A stretch of 64,000 nt of DNA, taken from the NCBI GenBank assembly GCA_963809895.1, contig CAWELD010000003.1:2208001-2272000 (forward strand), read 5' to 3'. The position numbers and the translations under genes were made by a program. This DNA comes from an uncultured Gemmatimonadales bacterium. GTDB lineage: Bacteria > Gemmatimonadota > Gemmatimonadetes > Longimicrobiales > Gaopeijiaceae. This document shows, one piece after another, positions 37,500 to 47,966 of the stretch; within the stretch, counting starts at the first letter, position 1, and the number at the start of each line of letters is the position of its first letter. Below the pieces are notes generated by a model. It did no database searches. It saw only the letters and a program-made list of their open reading frames with translations, and was not told the DNA's origin.

Positions 37500-38045
37500 C
37501 TACCCGCCGGAGGCAGCGGTGCAGGAGCCGGCTTGCAGCCGCCACCGGCGCGGCGAGGGATCGTCACTCCCGCCGTCCACCGTCACCGTCAGCCCCGACC
37601 GGGAGCGCTCGTAGCGGATCCGCTTCGGATACTCGTGCTGCGGTGCCTCGAAGCTCGCCCATCCCCGGCCGGCCGCCCGGAGCACGAAAAGGTCTTCGGA
37701 CGCCCGCCCCTTCGGGTGTGGCAGAAGAGCCGGGCCCTCGGGCGTGGCTCGCAGCGCCGAAAACTCGAAGTCCACGGCGCGGCCATCGCGGAAGTACCGG
37801 GTGGTCCCCAGCATCATGCCGGCTTCCGGCGGCGTCCAGCGCTCATCGATGACGGTGCGTCCGTCGCTGCTGGTGCCCCGCCAGCATCCCGCCATGAAGG
37901 CCACGCTCGCCAGAGGGCCGGCCCCCGGAGGTCTGGCCTCGACGGGATCCAGCCGCACGTCCGGCGTGACCCGGCTCCCGCCCATGCACGCGACCGGTGC
38001 CAGCGCGCAGAGGCACAGCAGCAGACCCGCCCCCCGGAGCCCCAT
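37500..38045 (-). CDS. DUF6265-like lipoprotein
   Basis: FMAGCWRG, ERWTPP..MMLG, FEAPQHEYPKRIRY. Confidence 0.75.
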   Translation of the reverse strand: MGLRGAGLLLCLCALAPVACMGGSRVTPDVRLDPVEARPPGAGPLASVAFMAGCWRGTSSDGRTVIDERWTPPEAGMMLGTTRYFRDGRAVDFEFSALRATPEGPALLPHPKGRASEDLFVLRAAGRGWASFEAPQHEYPKRIRYERSRSGLTVTVDGGSDDPSPRRWRLQAGSCTAASGG

Positions 38046-38047
38046 CG

Positions 38048-39232
38048 TCAGAACGCGGCCAGGCCCGTGACCGCCTGGCCCAGCACCAGGGAGTGGATGT
38101 CGTGCGTCCCCTCGTAGGTGTAGACCGACTCCAGGTTGGCCATGTGCCGCATGGAGTGGTATTCCACCAGGATCCCGTTGGCGCCCAGCAGCCGCCGCGC
38201 TTCGCGCGCGACCTCGCAGGCCATGTCCACGTTGGCGCGCTTGGCCAGCGACACCTGCTGCGGCGTCATGGTGCCCCGGTCCTTCAGGCGGCCAAGCTGG
38301 AGCACGAGGAGCTGCGCCTGGGTGATCCCCGTGAGCATCTCGGCCAGACGCACCTGCTGGATCTGCTTGGCGCCGATGGGCTCGCCGAACATGACCCGCT
38401 CAACGGCGTAGCTCCTCGCTTCGTCGAAGCACGCCATGGCGGCGCCCACGGCACCCCACGCGATCCCGTAACGGGCCTGGGTGAGGCACATGAGCGGGTG
38501 CTTGAGGCCGCCGTCGCTTCCGGGCATGAGCGCCGAGTCGGGCACCTCCACGTCTTCCATGTGCAGCTCGCTGGTGTCGGACGCGAGCAGCGACAGCTTG
38601 CCCTTCTGATCGCGGGCCGCGAATCCGGGCGTGTCGGTGGGCACCACGAACCCGCGAATCCCCCTGGGGTCACCGATGTCGCCGGTCTGCGCCCACACCA
38701 CCGCCACGTCGGCCATGGAGCCGTTGGTGATCCACATCTTGGTGCCGTTGAGCACCCAGCCACCGTCCACCTTCTTGGCGGTGGTGATCATCCCGCCCGG
38801 GTTGGAGCCGTAGTCGGGCTCGGTGAGGCCGAAGCAGCCGATCTTCTCCCCACTGGCCAGCAGCGGAAGCCACTCGCTCCGGTGCTCCTCGCTCCCGAAG
38901 CTGAAGATGGGATACATGACCAGCGCTCCCTGCACGGAGGCGAAGGAGCGCAGCCCGGAATCCCCCCGCTCCAGCTCCTGCATGATCAGCCCGTAGGCCA
39001 CGTTGTTCAGCCCCGCGCAGCCGTACGTTTCGGGCAGATTCGCGCCCAGCATCCCCAGCTCGCCGAGCTCGGGAATCAGCTCCGTGGGAAAACGGTGCTC
39101 GATGTAGGCGTCGCCGATGACCGGCATGACACGGTCCTCGACCCATTGCCGGACAGTGTCGCGGATCATCCGCTCCTCTTCGTCCAGGAGCGAGTCCATG
39201 TCGTAGAAATCGATGCCCTCGAAGGTGCTCAT
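38048..39232 (-). CDS. gcdH: Acyl-CoA dehydrogenase, glutaryl-CoA dehydrogenase-like
   Basis: ELERGDSGLRS, GCFGLTEPDYGSNP, NGTKMWITNG, ARYGIAWG, YTYEGTHDIH. Confidence 0.88.
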   Translation of the reverse strand: MSTFEGIDFYDMDSLLDEEERMIRDTVRQWVEDRVMPVIGDAYIEHRFPTELIPELGELGMLGANLPETYGCAGLNNVAYGLIMQELERGDSGLRSFASVQGALVMYPIFSFGSEEHRSEWLPLLASGEKIGCFGLTEPDYGSNPGGMITTAKKVDGGWVLNGTKMWITNGSMADVAVVWAQTGDIGDPRGIRGFVVPTDTPGFAARDQKGKLSLLASDTSELHMEDVEVPDSALMPGSDGGLKHPLMCLTQARYGIAWGAVGAAMACFDEARSYAVERVMFGEPIGAKQIQQVRLAEMLTGITQAQLLVLQLGRLKDRGTMTPQQVSLAKRANVDMACEVAREARRLLGANGILVEYHSMRHMANLESVYTYEGTHDIHSLVLGQAVTGLAAF

Positions 39233-39281
39233 GATGTCCTCGAAGCAGGGGTCCCGCGAGTCGGTATGACGTGGTTGTGGC

Positions 39282-40532
39282 TCAAGGCTCGCCCTTCCGC
39301 GAGCGGCTGACAAGGTGGTCCTCGGCAGGAGGTCCGAGGACCCCGTCCCGCCGGAGCTCGGCGATGGCGTCGTCGTCGTAGCCCAGCTCCCGGAGCACGG
39401 CCTCGGTGTGGGCTCCGGGCTCGGCCGAGGGATGGCGCACACCGGGGCGTCGGCCGTCGAAGCGGAGGGGAAGCGCTACCGTGGCGCGGGCCCGGCCCAC
39501 CTCGTCCTCCGCCTGCGTCAGCATGCCGGCAGCATCGGTCTGCGGCTCCGCCAGCACCCCCGGCATATCCAGGATCGGCGCGCACGGCACTCCGGCCTCG
39601 CGCAGCCGGTCGAGGAGCTCCGACGACGAGAGCTCCGCCGTGCGCGCGGCCACCGCCTCGTTGAGCTCCGCACGATGCGCGACACGGTCGGGATTGTGGG
39701 CGAAGCGTGGGTCACCCGAGGCCTCGTCGAGCGCCAGCGCCCGGCACAGGCGCTGAAACAGCGCGTCGCTCCCCACGGCCACCATGACCGGCGCGTCTCG
39801 GGTCGGGAAGGCACCGTAGGGACAGATCAGGGGAAGCTCGGTCCCGTGACGGCCGGCGACAGCGCCGCCCAGCGCTCCCAGCAGATGGTACCCGCTCAGC
39901 GCCAGCGCGGTGTCGAAGAGCGAGGCGCTCACCCGCGAGCCCCGTCCGGTGCGCTCCCGCTCCCGGAGGGCCGCCAGCACCGCGAGCGCCGTCCACATCC
40001 CGGTGCTCATGTCCACCACCGAGGTCCCCACGCGCACGGGCTCGCGCCCGGGCTCGCCGGTGCACCACATGATACCCCCGTGGGCCTGCATGAGGGGCTC
40101 GTATCCGGGGAGCGTGGCCAACGGACCCTCTTCGCCGTACGCCAGAACCGAGGCGTAGATCAGGCGCGGGTTGAGCGCGCGGGCCGCGTGCCATCCCAGC
40201 CCGAGATCGTCCAGCGCACCGGGCCGGAGCGACTGTACGAGCACGTCGGCCTCGGCCACCAGGCGGCGGAGCGCCTCCATGCCGCGCGCGTCGGTCAGGT
40301 CCAGGCGCACGACCCGCTTGTCGGGGTTCGCCAGGGCGAAGATGGTGCCCTGGCCGCTCTGGAAAGGCGGACCCCAGGCGCGGGCGGCGTCGCCCTCCGG
40401 CGGCTCCACCTTCACGACCCCGGCGCCCAGTCCCGCCAGGATACGGGCACACCAGGGACCCGCGAGGTTCTGGGCGACCTCCACCACCCGGATGCCCGCC
40501 AGTGTCCGGGCCGGATCGGGCCCGTCGCTCAC
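39282..40532 (-). CDS. CoA-transferase family III (CaiB/BaiF)
   Basis: LAGIRVVE..LAGP, KVEPPEGD, NPRLIY, VVDMSTG, GAHTEAVL. Confidence 0.92.
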   Translation of the reverse strand: MSDGPDPARTLAGIRVVEVAQNLAGPWCARILAGLGAGVVKVEPPEGDAARAWGPPFQSGQGTIFALANPDKRVVRLDLTDARGMEALRRLVAEADVLVQSLRPGALDDLGLGWHAARALNPRLIYASVLAYGEEGPLATLPGYEPLMQAHGGIMWCTGEPGREPVRVGTSVVDMSTGMWTALAVLAALRERERTGRGSRVSASLFDTALALSGYHLLGALGGAVAGRHGTELPLICPYGAFPTRDAPVMVAVGSDALFQRLCRALALDEASGDPRFAHNPDRVAHRAELNEAVAARTAELSSSELLDRLREAGVPCAPILDMPGVLAEPQTDAAGMLTQAEDEVGRARATVALPLRFDGRRPGVRHPSAEPGAHTEAVLRELGYDDDAIAELRRDGVLGPPAEDHLVSRSRKGEP

Positions 40533-40897
40533 GATGCGTCGGACAGCGTCGGGGGGGCGGCCTCCGCCGCCCGACGATTCTTGAAGCGCATGACGCCGTA
40601 GGTCAGCTCACGGGCGACCTTGGAGCCGATCCACGCCATGGCCACCACGGTGGCGATCCATCCCCCCACCACCAGATTCGACGGGTGGACCACGAGCCAG
40701 ATCCAGGCAGCGAGCAGAAGGGCCGCCCCGACTCCGGCCAGCCAACCGATCCATCCCGCGCGCGCTCGCGCACGCTCGCGGCAGTCCCGGCACCAGAGCA
40801 GGCGATCCACCTGCGCCGTGTCCCGCACCTCCAGGCAACGGACGCAGGTCACCTCTTCACCGAACCGGTCCCGCCACGACACCTCTCGTTCAGCCAA
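40529..40897 (-). CDS. Small membrane protein with N-terminal Zn-ribbon
   Basis: CVRC...CRDC followed by two TM helices. Confidence 0.65.
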   Translation of the reverse strand: MAEREVSWRDRFGEEVTCVRCLEVRDTAQVDRLLWCRDCRERARARAGWIGWLAGVGAALLLAAWIWLVVHPSNLVVGGWIATVVAMAWIGSKVARELTYGVMRFKNRRAAEAAPPTLSDAS

Positions 40898-41915
40898 CGG
40901 CGTGCTCCAGTGCCCGGATCACCGCATCCGTGTATTCCGCGGTGCTCGCGGAGCCTCCCATGTCGCGCGTGCGTACCTCACCGGCCCGGACCACGGTGTC
41001 CACCGCGCCCCGGATGCGGTCCGCCACGTCGAACGCCTCGAGATGATCCAGCATCATGCATGCGGACAGCAGCAGCCCGGTGGGATTCGCGATCCCCTGC
41101 CCCGCGATGTCCGGCGCCGAGCCGTGTACCGCCTCGAACATGGCCACGTCCTCACCGATATTGCCAGCCGGCGCGAAACCGAGCCCCCCGATGAGGCCCG
41201 CCATCAGATCGGAGAGGATGTCGCCGAACATGTTCTCCATGACCAGCACGTCGAACCGGTACGGGTCGAGCACCATCCACATGGCCGTGGCGTCGATGAT
41301 GCGGTCCTCGAACTCGATGTCGGGGTAGTCCGCCGCCACCTCGCGGGCCACATCGAGAATCAGGCCCTGGGTGTACTTCAGGATGTTCGCCTTGTGGGCC
41401 ACGGTCACCTTCCTGCGACCGTGGGTGCGGGCGTACTCGAAGGCGTAGCGTACGATGCGCTCGGTACCGAAGCGGGTCACGATCATGACCGACTCGGCGG
41501 CGGCCCGGGAATCCCCACCCATGCCGATGTAATGCTCCACGCCGACGTACAGTCCCTCGGTGTTCTCGCGGATGAGCACCAGGTCGATGTCGTCGTAGCG
41601 GCCTCCGGGAACCACGGTGCGAGCCGGCCGCACGTTGGCGTAGAGGTCGAATTCCTGGCGGATGGCCACGTTGATGCTGCGGAAACCCGAGCCCGACGGC
41701 GTGGTCAGGGGGCCCTTGAGCGCGAGGCGCGTGCGGCGCACGGAGTCCAGGGTCGCGTCGGGGAGCGGCGTCCCCACCTGCTCCAACGCGGTCACGCCCC
41801 CCAGCTGCTCGTCGAATTCCAGGTCCGCTCCGGCGGCTGCGAGAATGCGGAGCGTGGCCTCGGTGACCTCGGGGCCGATGCCGTCCCCGGGGATGACCGT
41901 GATGGTGGTCGCCAT
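40890..41915 (-). CDS. Isocitrate/isopropylmalate dehydrogenase family (NAD-IDH-like)
   Basis: IPGDGIGPEV, LKGPLTTP, RENTEGLY, HKANILK, NMFGDILSD, FEAVHGSAPDIAG. Confidence 0.93.
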   Translation of the reverse strand: MATTITVIPGDGIGPEVTEATLRILAAAGADLEFDEQLGGVTALEQVGTPLPDATLDSVRRTRLALKGPLTTPSGSGFRSINVAIRQEFDLYANVRPARTVVPGGRYDDIDLVLIRENTEGLYVGVEHYIGMGGDSRAAAESVMIVTRFGTERIVRYAFEYARTHGRRKVTVAHKANILKYTQGLILDVAREVAADYPDIEFEDRIIDATAMWMVLDPYRFDVLVMENMFGDILSDLMAGLIGGLGFAPAGNIGEDVAMFEAVHGSAPDIAGQGIANPTGLLLSACMMLDHLEAFDVADRIRGAVDTVVRAGEVRTRDMGGSASTAEYTDAVIRALEHAVG

Positions 41916-41946
41916 ACGGGCTGTCCTTTCTCGCTCCCGCCGCGCC

Positions 41947-42429
41947 TCAGCGGAAGAAGCGTTCGTTGTATTCGAAGTCGGTGTGGTCCTCTCCCCACTC
42001 GACGAGGTCTTCAAGGAGGGAGGGCCGTTCGGAGCCGTCACGACGCGCGCGCCCGGCGATGTTGAGCGCGCGCTTCCACGTGATGGCATTGAGCTCCTGG
42101 CGCTCCAGCGTCGCGCGTGCCACCTCGGTCCCCGAGGGTTCCCGGATGATGACCCGCACCGCGGCCAGGCCGCCGAAGTCGGTGAAGAGCTGCCGCGTGG
42201 GATCGCTGAACAGGAAGATGTAGGGGCCGACCTTGGCCCACAGGGTGCCGCCACGTCGGAGCTGGTCCGCGGGCTGATAGACCGTCACCTCGGCGACGTT
42301 GCCGTTCATGTCGGTGTCCAGCGCCCACTCGGAGGTGTAGGCCGCCTCGACCTGGTCGGCGTCGGGCAGGGCCAGATCCCCGGTCCCGCCCCGGCAGCCG
42401 GCCAGGCCCATGGCCGCCACCAGCGTCAA
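41947..42429 (-). CDS. Hypothetical lipoprotein (start uncertain, possible 5' frameshift)
   Basis: Lipobox LAGC; globular acidic sequence. Confidence 0.65.
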   Translation of the reverse strand: MTLVAAMGLAGCRGGTGDLALPDADQVEAAYTSEWALDTDMNGNVAEVTVYQPADQLRRGGTLWAKVGPYIFLFSDPTRQLFTDFGGLAAVRVIIREPSGTEVARATLERQELNAITWKRALNIAGRARRDGSERPSLLEDLVEWGEDHTDFEYNERFFR

Positions 42430-42474
42430 CGACGCCCGAGCGCGCCAGCGTGCCCGGCGCCCGCACGACGCGGG

Positions 42475-43107
42475 TCACCGGCCCGCCTCCGGCATCGCCC
42501 CCGCCCGCCGCGGGGCGAACCAGCGGCCCAGGGCGTCCATGGCACCTGCCAGCGCGCCGGGATCGGCTCCGCCGCCGGCGCCGGCCTCCACGCCGTACCA
42601 CAGCACGCGTCCGGTGCGGACGTCCATGAGGGCCACCGAGATCTGCACCTCACCGCCGCCGTCGGCCGAGGGCGGCACTGCCAGCGCCGCCACGGGGAGA
42701 ACCGCGAGGTCGGCCCCGGTGAGCGCCCCGAGCCGACGCAGCACGCCGTAGACCGGGTCTCCCATTCGCTGGACCTCGGTGCGCAGAAAGACCTCCACCG
42801 GAAGTCCGGTCAGCGGCGCCTCCAGCGCGGGCGACGCCCTGAGGGCGCTCCGGATCGAATCCGGAAGGATCCACCCCACGTTCGGCGCGTGGCTCCTCAG
42901 GGTGAAGGCGAGCTCCGCATCGGGATCGCCGGCCACGCCCTGGTTGATCTGCACCGGCAGGACCATGACCGGCTGCCCCGCCAGATCCGGCACGGCGCCT
43001 CGGGTCTCACCGGGGGCCGGCGGCCTCGTCGACGCACAGGCCCACGACGCCACGACGGCGACGACCGCCGCCGTGCGAAGTCCAGAACGCGCGAATGTGG
43101 ACGACAT
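42475..43107 (-). CDS. Hypothetical lipoprotein
   Basis: Lipobox-like SWAC; VALMDVRTGRVLW. Confidence 0.65.
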   Translation of the reverse strand: MSSTFARSGLRTAAVVAVVASWACASTRPPAPGETRGAVPDLAGQPVMVLPVQINQGVAGDPDAELAFTLRSHAPNVGWILPDSIRSALRASPALEAPLTGLPVEVFLRTEVQRMGDPVYGVLRRLGALTGADLAVLPVAALAVPPSADGGGEVQISVALMDVRTGRVLWYGVEAGAGGGADPGALAGAMDALGRWFAPRRAGAMPEAGR

Positions 43108-43145
43108 GGAAATCCCGGGTATCGGGTGTTGTGAAGCCCATGAAC

Positions 43146-43553
43146 CTATCCGGGCTCTTTGTCCAACTCCAGGGCCGCGGAGTTCAGGCAGTAGCGGAGC
43201 CCGGTGGGCTGGGGTCCGTCGGGAAACAGATGCCCGAGGTGGCCGCCACACGCCGCGCACAGCACCTCGGTGCGGTGCATGGCGTAACTCCGGTCCTCTT
43301 CCGTGGCCACCGCTTCCTCGCTCATGGGCGCGTAGAAGGAGGGCCATCCGGTGCCGGAGTCGTACTTCGTCTCCGACGAAAACAGCGGGGTGCCACACCC
43401 GCGGCAGCGATAGACGCCGGACTCCTTGCTATTCCAGTAACGCCCGGTGAACGCCCGCTCGGTCCCCTTGTCCCTGAGGATCCGGTATTCCTGCTCCGAG
43501 AGCTGCTCCCGCCACTCCCGGTCCGACTTGTCCTTCTTCTTCGGCTCCGTCAC
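43146..43553 (-). CDS. msrB: Peptide-methionine (R)-S-oxide reductase
   Basis: [36 protein letters not shown]. Confidence 0.96.
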   Translation of the reverse strand: MTEPKKKDKSDREWREQLSEQEYRILRDKGTERAFTGRYWNSKESGVYRCRGCGTPLFSSETKYDSGTGWPSFYAPMSEEAVATEEDRSYAMHRTEVLCAACGGHLGHLFPDGPQPTGLRYCLNSAALELDKEPG

Positions 43554-43708
43554 GCGACCCCCTTGCTCATGGTTGCACCGAGATCGTCCTACACCAGGCG
43601 CCCCGGCCTCGTTTCGACCCCGTGCAACCCTCGCGGGCCCCATCGCGTCTCACCTTGCAGCGACCTATCTTACACTTCTACTCAATCCCCGGTCACCGAG
43701 AACCCTTC

Positions 43709-44023
43709 ATGCCCCGACCCCTGGGAGTTTCGTCGCTGCGCATCCTGGCAGCCGTCCGCGACGGCGACGCGTACGGACTCGAGATCGTGGCCCGCACCGG
43801 GCTCCCGTCGGGCACCGTCTACCCGACGCTGGGGCGCCTGCAGCGGAGCGGACTGCTCCGGTCTCGCTGGGAAGACGCAGCGCTGGCCGGCGAAGAGGGG
43901 CGACCGCGACGCCGCTACTACGAGCTCACGGCCGACGGCACCGACGCGCTGGCGCGGGGCATCGCCAGGATCCGCGAGACGGCCCTGCAGCTCGATCCCC
44001 GGCGGGCGGGAGAGACCGGGTGA
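43709..44023 (+). CDS. PadR-family transcriptional regulator
   Basis: YGLEI..GTVYPTLGRL..RRRYYELT. Confidence 0.92.
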   Translation: MPRPLGVSSLRILAAVRDGDAYGLEIVARTGLPSGTVYPTLGRLQRSGLLRSRWEDAALAGEEGRPRRRYYELTADGTDALARGIARIRETALQLDPRRAGETG

Positions 44024-46653
44024 GGAGCTGGCGCGCGGCCCGCGGCCTGCTGCGGGTCCTCGCCCTGGTGGTGCCTCGGCGCCATCGCCGGGACTGGCTC
44101 GAGGAATGGCGTGGCGAGATGGAGGCGCTGGAGCGCGTACGCCGCTTCGGCAACCCGGGTCGCTATCCCACGCCGGTGGGGTTCGTCGTGGGGGCGATCC
44201 CCCACGCCCTGTGGATGCGGAAGGAGGAGTGGAGCATGGAACGGGTGATCCAGGATCTCAGGTTCGCGCTGCGGATGTTGCGCCGGAGCCCCGGATTCGC
44301 CGCGGTGGCGGTGCTGACGCTGGCGCTGGGGATCGGGGTGAACGCCTCCATCTTCTCGCTGGTCAACGGCCTGGTGCTGCGCGATCCGGCAGGGGTGGAA
44401 GCACCGGACCGTCTGGTTCAGATCGCCCGTTCGTACGAAGACGACCCACGCTGGGACAACTGGTCCTGGCCCGCGCTCCAGGAGATCCGGCGCTCCGGGC
44501 GCGTCTTCGACGGCGTGGCCGGGTACAGCGCCGCCGGCTTCCTCATCGGCGAGGGCGCCGAAGCCCGCACCGTCCTGGGTGACCTGGTCACCGGCAACTA
44601 CTTCCAGGTGCTGGGCGTGGAGCCGGTCGCGGGGCGACTGCTGGGGCCCGCCGACGACATCACTCCCGGTGCGCACCCCGTGGTGGTACTCTCCTGGGAC
44701 CTGTGGCAGGAGCGTTTCGGCGGCGATCCGGCGGTGGTGGGACGCACGCTGCGCATGGGCGGCCAGGGGTACCAGGTCCTGGGCGTGACGCCCCGGGGAT
44801 TCCGCGGCGTGGAGACCGTGGGCTCTCCGCCCCAGTTGTTCGTGCCCGCCACCATGCACGAGCCCATGCGCGGGAATCTCCCCTTCGATCGCTGGGGCTG
44901 GTCCTGGATCCAGGTCACGGGACGCCTGGCCGACGGGGTGTCCATGGAGCAGGCCCGGGCCGCCGTGCAGGTGGCATCGACCCGGCTCCGCGAGGCGGAT
45001 CCGGTCAACGAGGGCATCCAGATCCTGCTGGCTCCCGGTGTGGGGCTGAGCCCCTCGGAGCGGGCGGAGGCCAATCGGATCAGCCTGCTTCTCATGGTGA
45101 TCGCGGGGCTGGTGCTCCTCCTCTCCTGCGCCAACGTGGCCAACCTGTTCGTCGCCCGCGCCACCACCCGGGCCAGCGAGATGGGCGTGCGGCGGGCGCT
45201 GGGCGCAGGACGCGGACGGCTGGTGGGACAGGTGGGGACGGAGAGCCTGGTGTTGTCGCTGCTGGCCGCGGCGGTGGCCGCTCCCCTGGTCTGGCTCGCC
45301 GGGGGATTCCTGCCGTCGTTCGTCCCCTACACGCTGTCCGCCACCCTCCGGCCCGACGGGCGGGTGGCCGCGGTCCTGATCGCCCTGGGACTGGTCGCCG
45401 GCGTGCTCTTCGGGGCCGGTCCTGCCGTCATGCTCACGAGGCGGAGCCTGGCCGCGGCACTCCGCGACGGCGGCACCACCGGCTCGACCGGGAGGACCCG
45501 CGGCCGGGACCTGCTGGTGGTGGGCCAGCTGGCGGTGTCGCTGGGGCTGCTGGCCTCCGCGGCGCTCCTCGGTCGCAGCATCCTGAACGCGAACCACGCG
45601 GATCCCGGCTTCGAGCCCCGGGGGCTCATGGTGGGCGCGCTCAATCTGGACCTCACGGGCCGGTACGATCGACCCCAGGCCCTGGACTTCTACCAGCGCC
45701 TGGAGCAGGCGTCCCTGGCGCTCCCGGGCGTCGAGGCCTTCACCGTGGCATCGAGGGCACCCTTCCTGGGGCCGTTCTCGCGGGCCACACGAGCACCCCT
45801 GGACCGTCCGGGCGACCCGTCCGTGGAGATCGAGGCGGAGGAGACCTTCGTGGGCGCCGACTACTTCGAGACCATGGGGATCCCCCTGGTCCGTGGCCGC
45901 ACCCTGCGGGAGCCCCGCCAGGAAACCGAGCCGGTGGCGGTGATCAACGAGGCGCTGGCGCGCAGGTTCTGGCCCGGAGAGGATCCCGTGGGCAAGCAGC
46001 TGACCGGCGAGGTGCCCCTGCGCGTGGTCGGCGTCGTGGGCGACGTGCACGAGCGCTCCTTGCGGGGGCAAGCGCTGCCTGGGGTCTACCGGCCGCTGTC
46101 CCAGGCCTACGGCCAGCAGGTGGTGGCGCTGTTGCGCACTCCGGGGGATCCCCGCGCCCTGGTCCGCCCCTTCCGGCAGGCCGTCGCCGGCCTCGACCCC
46201 GGCCTTCCCGTCAGCGGCGCCACCGACGTCTACGGCCTCATGGCCGGCTCGCTGGGCGAGACGCGCACCATCGGACTCCTGGTGGGCACGTTCGCGGCGC
46301 TGGCGCTCCTGCTGTCGCTGACCGGGCTCTACGGGCTCATCGCGTACGGCGTCTCGCAGCGCGTGCGCGAGATGGGCATTCGCATGGCGCTGGGCGCCCG
46401 TCCGGAGAGCCTCGTGCGCATGATCCTCCGGCGGGGGCTGATCCTCACGACGCTGGGCCTGGTGGCCGGGCTGGGTCTGGCCCTCCTGCTCGGGCGCGGA
46501 ATCCGCGGCCTGCTCTACGGCGTCGAGGCCACCAGCCCCACCATGCTCGGACTGGCCGCGGTAACCCTCCTGGTCGCCTCCACGGTTGCGGCCTGGATAC
46601 CGGCCCGACGCGCCACCCGCGTAGACGCGGTGCGATCCCTCCGGAGCGAGTAG
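44020..46653 (+). CDS. ADOP-type duplicated ABC (MacB/FtsX) permease
   Basis: QDLRFALRMLRRSPGF, LLSCANVANL, EMGVRRALGA, REMGIRMALGA; coupled to PadR. Confidence 0.92.
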   Translation: MRSWRAARGLLRVLALVVPRRHRRDWLEEWRGEMEALERVRRFGNPGRYPTPVGFVVGAIPHALWMRKEEWSMERVIQDLRFALRMLRRSPGFAAVAVLTLALGIGVNASIFSLVNGLVLRDPAGVEAPDRLVQIARSYEDDPRWDNWSWPALQEIRRSGRVFDGVAGYSAAGFLIGEGAEARTVLGDLVTGNYFQVLGVEPVAGRLLGPADDITPGAHPVVVLSWDLWQERFGGDPAVVGRTLRMGGQGYQVLGVTPRGFRGVETVGSPPQLFVPATMHEPMRGNLPFDRWGWSWIQVTGRLADGVSMEQARAAVQVASTRLREADPVNEGIQILLAPGVGLSPSERAEANRISLLLMVIAGLVLLLSCANVANLFVARATTRASEMGVRRALGAGRGRLVGQVGTESLVLSLLAAAVAAPLVWLAGGFLPSFVPYTLSATLRPDGRVAAVLIALGLVAGVLFGAGPAVMLTRRSLAAALRDGGTTGSTGRTRGRDLLVVGQLAVSLGLLASAALLGRSILNANHADPGFEPRGLMVGALNLDLTGRYDRPQALDFYQRLEQASLALPGVEAFTVASRAPFLGPFSRATRAPLDRPGDPSVEIEAEETFVGADYFETMGIPLVRGRTLREPRQETEPVAVINEALARRFWPGEDPVGKQLTGEVPLRVVGVVGDVHERSLRGQALPGVYRPLSQAYGQQVVALLRTPGDPRALVRPFRQAVAGLDPGLPVSGATDVYGLMAGSLGETRTIGLLVGTFAALALLLSLTGLYGLIAYGVSQRVREMGIRMALGARPESLVRMILRRGLILTTLGLVAGLGLALLLGRGIRGLLYGVEATSPTMLGLAAVTLLVASTVAAWIPARRATRVDAVRSLRSE

Positions 46654-46753
46654 GAGTCGTGGGCCGGCGAGTCCCGCGCGGGTTGACACGGCGCCGGCCA
46701 CGGCGCCCATTGGCGGGGCTCGCCTCACGTCACCGCTTCAGGAAGGTCGCCCC

Positions 46754-47137
46754 ATGTCCGCCTCCGCCCGTCACGTACCCTGGTCCGAGCTGGAGTGGGA
46801 GGAGGTCGTTCCCGGCATCCGGCGGCGCATCGTCAACGGCGACGGCATGATGATGGCGCAGGTCTTCCTGGACGAGGGTGCAGTGGTGCCCAAGCACCAG
46901 CACGTGAACGAACAGTTCACCTACATCCTCGAGGGAGCGCTCCATTTCTGGCTCGGTGACGACCTGGAGCGCGAGGTCGTGGTGCGTGCCGGCGAGGTCC
47001 TGCATATCCCGGCCAACGTGCCCCACAAGGCCGAAGCCATCGAGGACACGCTGGACCTGGACGTCTTCCATCCCCCCAGGGCCGACTGGCTCGACGGCAC
47101 CGACACCTACTTCCGCGCCGACCGCGAGGACGGCTGA
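46754..47137 (+). CDS. Cupin-domain protein
   Basis: HQHVNEQ..GEVLHIPANVPH..DVFHPPR. Confidence 0.9.
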   Translation: MSASARHVPWSELEWEEVVPGIRRRIVNGDGMMMAQVFLDEGAVVPKHQHVNEQFTYILEGALHFWLGDDLEREVVVRAGEVLHIPANVPHKAEAIEDTLDLDVFHPPRADWLDGTDTYFRADREDG

Positions 47138-47138
47138 C

Positions 47139-47942
47139 GTGGAGCTGGGTCTGCGCGACCGCGTCGCCCTCGTCGGGGGTGCGTCGTCGGGGCTGGGGCG
47201 GGCCTGCGCCATCGAGCTCGCGCGGGAGGGGTGCGACGTGGTCGTCTGCTCCCGCACCGAAGAGTCCATCATCCGGGCTGCCGAGGCCATCGAGGACGAG
47301 ACGGGCCGCCGGGTGATCCCCGTGGCGGCCGACCTGTCCACCGAAGACGGGTGCGCCCGCGTGGTGGACGCCGCCCGTGAGGCCTTCGGGCGCGTCGACG
47401 TGCTCGTCACCAACACCGGGGGCCCGCCCGCCGGCGCGTTCGAGGAGCACGACATGGAGGCGTGGCACCGCGCCACGGCCCTCCTGCTGGAGAGCGTCCT
47501 TCATCTGGTCCGGCGCGTGCTGCCGGGCATGAGGGAGCGCCGCTGGGGCCGGATCATCCCCATCACCTCCATCGCCGTGAAGCAGCCGGTGGACGGCCTG
47601 GTGCTGTCCAACGCGCTGAGGGCGGGCGTGACCGGCCTGGCGCGCACCCTGGCCAACGAGGTGGCGAGCCAGGGCATCACCGTGAACACGGTCATGCCCG
47701 GCTACACCCGGACCAACAGGCTGGTCAACCTGGCCACGAGCCAGGCCGCCACGGGGGTTCAGGAGCGGGGCCAGGACCTGGACGAGGTCTACCGCCGCTG
47801 GACCGACCAGGTCCCCGCGGGCCGCCTGGGCGAACCCGAAGAACTGGCTGCCCTCGTGGCCTTCCTGGCGTCCGAACGGGCCGCCTACATCACCGGCCAG
47901 TCCATTGCCGTCGACGGCGGTTGGATCCGGTCGCTGCTCTGA
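47139..47942 (+). CDS. SDR oxidoreductase (3-oxoacyl-ACP reductase-like)
   Basis: GASSGLG, NTGGPP, SNALRAG, YITGQSIAVDGG. Confidence 0.9.
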   Translation: MELGLRDRVALVGGASSGLGRACAIELAREGCDVVVCSRTEESIIRAAEAIEDETGRRVIPVAADLSTEDGCARVVDAAREAFGRVDVLVTNTGGPPAGAFEEHDMEAWHRATALLLESVLHLVRRVLPGMRERRWGRIIPITSIAVKQPVDGLVLSNALRAGVTGLARTLANEVASQGITVNTVMPGYTRTNRLVNLATSQAATGVQERGQDLDEVYRRWTDQVPAGRLGEPEELAALVAFLASERAAYITGQSIAVDGGWIRSLL

Positions 47943-47966
47943 CTTCACTTCAGACGAGAATCATCC

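Noticed and set aside
43918..46728. 936-aa antisense ORF and similar long shadow ORFs (e.g. 35936-37852, 50723-52399 extension, 57061-58674)
   Set aside because: Typical high-GC antisense or alternate-frame shadows of well supported genes; no motifs
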